Shown here: positions 16,246 through 19,866 of the stretch, piece after piece
How the letters are laid out: every line of letters starts with the position of its first letter
Position numbering within the stretch: position 1 is the first letter of the stretch
From: Chthonomonadales bacterium
GTDB taxonomy: Bacteria; Armatimonadota; Chthonomonadetes; Chthonomonadales; CAJBBX01
DNA length: 19,866 nucleotides
Reading direction: 5' to 3'
NCBI GenBank assembly: GCA_049967475.1
Contig: JBMFSQ010000041.1
Coordinates: forward strand, 1 to 19,866
Translations under genes and position numbers: made by a program
Notes under the pieces: generated by a model
Seen by the model: the letters and a program-made list of their open reading frames with translations, nothing else
What the model was told of the DNA's origin: nothing
The model's database searches: none

Positions 16246-19200
16246 ATGACACGCTGGATGCTTCTGATGCTTGCTTCATGTGCCATTGCCGGTGCGCAGC
16301 CTGCAATCACGCCGGACGCATCCCGAATGCGGCTGGACGAAATCGGCATCTACGAGGTCGGATACGCCTACCGGGGCCACGCGGAGCACCTCTTCCCGAT
16401 GGGGTGGTCGGGATACTTCGACGATGGTACCGGCGTCGCTTGCGAGCCCGCCGGACGCCAGAACGGCAAAGACGCCTTTCTGCTCCACTGTCCGTGGCGT
16501 AACGGCACCGGCATCGCCTTCCAGCAATTCCGTGTGAACCTTCCGCGCGTTCGGCGCATCCTCCTCACCGGCGCAACCGCCATGCGCTCCGATATCGTGG
16601 GCAAGTCGGACGGCGCCACCTTTCGCATCTACGTCAACGGTCGAAAGCTGTTGGATGTCAACCGTACCACGGCGGATTGGCAACCCTTCCGTTTTGACCT
16701 CACCTCGCTGGGCGGGACGACGGCCGTCATCCGCTTCGAGACGGATCCAGGTCCGCACGATAATCCCAGCTTCGACTTTTCACTTTGGGGGGACCGCGAA
16801 CTGGTCCTGCAAGGTTACCGACCGCCGGCGGCGCGCCACCCCGCACCTTTGGAGCCGAACCTGCTCTTGCTTCGCCCTATAGTGGAGGGAGGCGCCGTCC
16901 CTCCCGTCGCCTTCCCTTGCCGTACGTCAGTGGAGGTGTCCGCCAACGAAGCAGTGTTCCGTTATTCCGGGCGCGACGGCACCATGGAATACCGATGGCG
17001 CAAGCCCGCTTCCCCGTCCGAGGGCCTCTTCGGCCGACTGGACCTATGGGCCAAGATGCGGGGAGACACTCCCGTCACCGTTCCTCTTGCATCCACCGCC
17101 CGGCTGCGATGGGTCCGGCCGGAACGTCTGGAGGGCGCCGAGTTCCTCAAGAGGCCGAAGGGTGCCGAACTGGCTCTTCGCTACAGCGGCGCCGAGGTGC
17201 ACATCGCGGCACACCTAGCCGGCAAGAGCCTCGTCATGGACGTGTCTTGCGATGCGCCGTTGGTGGAGGATCTCGACGTTGGTGATTGGGGCCCGGCGCT
17301 GCGCCGCCGCACCATCCAGGTCCCTTATTTAGGCACCGTACGGTACCTGCCTGCCCAGAACCTTTTCGTCAACGCATTTCTCGATTGGACGCACTCCAAC
17401 GCCTCATCCCATGACGGAACCGTGGCGCGCTACGGATCCCTCACGGACGGCCGGCGCAATCCCCTTATGGAGCGCGTGATCTACACTGCAGCGTGGAACT
17501 TGGACGAGGTGCTTCCCAATATCCCGAACCCTCCGTCTCCCTATCGCGCCGACCTTGCCGACCGCACCGTTCTGGATATCTGGGGCGGGCGCTTTGTAGA
17601 TATTGCCCACAACCTTAAACGCCTCTTCGATGCCGGCATCCCTCGGTGCGTCGCCCTCATCCACGATTGGCAGCGCAGCGGATACGACAATGCCTTGCCT
17701 ATGCACCTGCCGGCCAATGCCTCCCTGGGCGGCGACGCCGGGATGAAAACACTGGTGTCCACCGGCGTGGGTGTGGGGTACAGAGTGGCCCTCCACGAGA
17801 ACTACGTGGACTACTACCCCAACTACGACTTCTTCAATCCCGACGATATTGCGCTCGCTTCCAACGGAGAGCGCGAGCTGGCTTGGTACAACCCGGGTAC
17901 GCACATCCAGTCCTTCGCCGAAAAGCCAAATGCCATCCTGAGGTTGGCCGCCACTCAATCCCCAGAGATCCACCGGCGTTTCGGAACCAATGCCGATTAC
18001 CTGGATGTCCATTCGTCGGTGCCGCCATGGTTCCATGTGGACTTTCGGGCAACGGAAGAGGGAGCGGGGCGCTTTGCCCGCGTGTGGCAGGTACATCGGG
18101 CGCTATGGGCGTATGAGCGCCGTACCCATGGAGGGCCGGTCTTCGGAGAGGGAGCGAACCATTGGTACTGGAGCGGCTGCCTGGACGGTGTAGAGGCTCA
18201 GTTCGGCGTAGGGTGGCCGGCCAACCAAGGCGAGAACGCGCCGCTTCTGGTGGATTTCGACCTGCTCCGCATCCATCCCCTCCAGCTCAACCATGGGATG
18301 GGCTACTACGAACGATGGCGCACCGACGCACCCTGGGGCGCTGTCCCTCCCATGAAGGTGTTGGATGTATACCGGATGCAGGAGGCAGTTTTCGGCCATG
18401 CGGGCTTTCTGGGCGCATCCACATGGAACATCCTTCCCCTTGTTTGGCTGGAGCACCATCTTTTGTCACCTGTGACGAAGCAGTGCGCACTGCAACCCGT
18501 GCGGGATATCTCTTATGAATGCAACGGTACCTGGGGCAACGCCACCTGGGCGGCGAAGAACTCCAGCTGGAAGCGCGTGCGGGTTACCTACGCCAACGGC
18601 TTGGTGATCACCGGAAACGGGACACGGAAGCCGCTGCGGTGCGGACACCTTCTGCTTCCCTATGCCGGGTGGCTCGCTCGAGGCCCGGGCCTTCTGGCAT
18701 ATACGGCCCTGCGCAATGGGGTTTACGCGGACTATTGCTCCACACCCCGAAGCGTCTTCGCCAATGCGCGCCCCGAGGCGGCCTGGAATACTTCACGCAT
18801 CCGCCATATCCGGCCCATGGTAGCCTCTTTTCGGCAGACAGGCCCGCGGCAGTTCGAGGTGACCTACAAATGGCTCGTTCGCGAGCGGCTCGATGCCGAC
18901 GAGTACGCATTCGTGCACTTTTCGGCACTGCCGCGCGAGGCGGGGGATGAGAAGATTCGCTTCCAGCAGGATCACGCGCCGGCGATCCCCACAAGTCGCT
19001 GGAAGGTAGGCGATGTGATCCTGGACGGCCCGTATGCGATCAGCATTCCTCCGGGCATTGGAGACGGCGACTACGAATGGAGCACGGGCCTCTATCCGGA
19101 AGGGGGAGGCAGCCGGCTTCCCCTGGAAGGCGTAGACGACGGGCACGGACGCATCGTTTTGGGAGTGCTCAGCGTGCGGGATGACGGCGCACAGATCCGC

Positions 19201-19530
19201 TTTACGCCTGAAGTGCGCAAGGGGAACGAACGGCTCGCGGAGTACCGCGCCCATCTGAATGCAGACGGCCGGCTGGTGGATTTCGGCGATGTGCGCACGA
19301 ACGGCACGGTTTTGATCGTGCGGGAGGCCGACGGGTGGGTTCTGCAGCCCATGCCCGAAAGCGCCCCTTTCATAGTAGACCTCAGCAGCAACCGCTTCGG
19401 CCGGCCGCGCAGGGTGGAATGCCGCGGAGGTTCCACGTCCATCGTGGCGCCTAAAGGCATGGGCTCCTATTGGCGCCTCAAAATAGACCCAACGTGCGTT
19501 TACCGGTGGCGGGTAAAACAGGGTGCTTGA
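16246..19530 (+). CDS. Secreted putative glycoside hydrolase: NPCBM/NEW2-like domain + DUF5696 (GH101/GH129-like) barrel + C-terminal Ig-like domain
   Basis: Signal peptide; 'SDGATFRIYVNG...FDLT.LGG....IRFETDPGP..NPSFD..LWGD' (NPCBM-like); 'HDWQRSGYDN.LP...LGG', 'LHENYVD.YP', 'YLDVHS', 'FGEG' (DUF5696/GH101-like); 'FVHF...QDH.P..PTSRW..G......G.Y....GLY...RL' Ig-like module. Starts 13 bp after the GH2 stop. Confidence 0.75.
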   Translation: MTRWMLLMLASCAIAGAQPAITPDASRMRLDEIGIYEVGYAYRGHAEHLFPMGWSGYFDDGTGVACEPAGRQNGKDAFLLHCPWRNGTGIAFQQFRVNLPRVRRILLTGATAMRSDIVGKSDGATFRIYVNGRKLLDVNRTTADWQPFRFDLTSLGGTTAVIRFETDPGPHDNPSFDFSLWGDRELVLQGYRPPAARHPAPLEPNLLLLRPIVEGGAVPPVAFPCRTSVEVSANEAVFRYSGRDGTMEYRWRKPASPSEGLFGRLDLWAKMRGDTPVTVPLASTARLRWVRPERLEGAEFLKRPKGAELALRYSGAEVHIAAHLAGKSLVMDVSCDAPLVEDLDVGDWGPALRRRTIQVPYLGTVRYLPAQNLFVNAFLDWTHSNASSHDGTVARYGSLTDGRRNPLMERVIYTAAWNLDEVLPNIPNPPSPYRADLADRTVLDIWGGRFVDIAHNLKRLFDAGIPRCVALIHDWQRSGYDNALPMHLPANASLGGDAGMKTLVSTGVGVGYRVALHENYVDYYPNYDFFNPDDIALASNGERELAWYNPGTHIQSFAEKPNAILRLAATQSPEIHRRFGTNADYLDVHSSVPPWFHVDFRATEEGAGRFARVWQVHRALWAYERRTHGGPVFGEGANHWYWSGCLDGVEAQFGVGWPANQGENAPLLVDFDLLRIHPLQLNHGMGYYERWRTDAPWGAVPPMKVLDVYRMQEAVFGHAGFLGASTWNILPLVWLEHHLLSPVTKQCALQPVRDISYECNGTWGNATWAAKNSSWKRVRVTYANGLVITGNGTRKPLRCGHLLLPYAGWLARGPGLLAYTALRNGVYADYCSTPRSVFANARPEAAWNTSRIRHIRPMVASFRQTGPRQFEVTYKWLVRERLDADEYAFVHFSALPREAGDEKIRFQQDHAPAIPTSRWKVGDVILDGPYAISIPPGIGDGDYEWSTGLYPEGGGSRLPLEGVDDGHGRIVLGVLSVRDDGAQIRFTPEVRKGNERLAEYRAHLNADGRLVDFGDVRTNGTVLIVREADGWVLQPMPESAPFIVDLSSNRFGRPRRVECRGGSTSIVAPKGMGSYWRLKIDPTCVYRWRVKQGA

Positions 19531-19556
19531 CAAGGCAATCCGTGCTTTGGTACAAT
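19527..19556 (+). promoter_or_regulatory. Sigma70-type promoter (TTGACA-18 nt-TACAAT, extended -10 TGn)
   Basis: Perfect -35 TTGACA at 19527-19532 (overlapping the upstream TGA stop), TG at 19548-19549, and -10 TACAAT at 19551-19556. Such an AT-rich match is rare in this GC-rich DNA. Confidence 0.8.
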
Positions 19557-19574
19557 GCGCTGTCGTCGCAAAAA

Positions 19575-19590
19575 CCGGATGCGCTTGCAG
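19575..19590. promoter_or_regulatory. Candidate LacI-family operator CCGGATGCGCTTGCAG
   Basis: 13/16 match to the symmetric site CTGCAAGCGCTTGCAG with central GCGC, just downstream of the predicted transcription start, a typical repressor position. Confidence 0.4.
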
Positions 19591-19837
19591 ATGCGACTGC
19601 TTTATGGGATCGAGCGAATGATCCCCTTACCCCCAGCAGCCGCTGGATGCAGCGAACGGCGAGGAAGCCGGAGCGCGCACCGTGGCCCCCCCGGCGTCCC
19701 TTCGCCACCATCCTTCCGGATCTCTTCAGGATATTGGGAGGTGACTGCCCTGATGCCCTTTGCCTTGGCGTGATATGGGTTGTGCATCAACGAAAACTCA
19801 AGATCGCGGAACGACACTTCTGCGAAAGGAGAACATC

Positions 19838-19866
19838 ATGACCGGCGCTAGAAAAGCATTCACCCT
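19838..19866 (+). CDS. Start of probable prepilin-type N-terminal cleavage/methylation domain protein (DUF1559-like), truncated by window edge
   Basis: AAAGGAGA RBS then ATG: MTGARKAFT(L). A short basic leader followed by A|FTL resembles class III signal peptides ([GA]|FTLIELL). Only 9 full codons are visible. Confidence 0.6.

Noticed and set aside
14790..16349. 519-aa minus-strand ORF
   Set aside because: Antisense shadow of GH2; low-complexity Ala/Pro/Arg/Val composition.
19470..19841. ORFs 19470..19841, 19555..19773, 19478..19711 and 19602..19817
   Set aside because: They overlap the promoter or upstream gene, lack a convincing RBS and have non-protein-like composition; the region is better explained as a leader.
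1..19866. CRISPR arrays, tRNA/rRNA, IS elements, tandem repeats, anti-phage defence genes
   Set aside because: None seen; the window is almost fully covered by recognisable CDSs with short spacers.

Overview
GC-rich bacterial chromosomal window with no mobile element, CRISPR array, rRNA or tRNA that I can see. The gene content (large secreted multi-domain glycoside hydrolases, a beta-propeller/phosphoesterase fusion, a probable 'KAFTL' prepilin-type gene) suggests Armatimonadota or a similar lineage; this is inference. Left part, minus strand, one co-directional run (11998 to <1): secreted beta-propeller + phosphoesterase, nfi (endonuclease V), mutY, tldD, a 1017-aa secreted clan GH-A-like hydrolase, a GNAT acetyltransferase, an exported helical-barrel protein, an 87-aa orphan and a tldE/pmbA gene. 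The tldE gene runs off the left edge and is absent from the supplied ORF track. Right part, plus strand: an FxLYD-like membrane protein, a discoidin-GH2 enzyme and an NPCBM + DUF5696-like putative glycosidase. These are followed by a near-consensus sigma70 promoter, a LacI-like operator, a ~275-nt hairpin-rich leader with a mini-ORF, and the first codons of a probable prepilin-type (DUF1559-like) gene. Best candidates for something new: (i) the CAZyme + regulated pilin-like locus with its structured leader, (ii) the tldD-[4 cargo genes]-tldE arrangement, (iii) unclassified glycosidases with atypical catalytic motifs, (iv) a MutY lacking the canonical FSH loop. All family calls come from motif recognition by eye; no searches were run.
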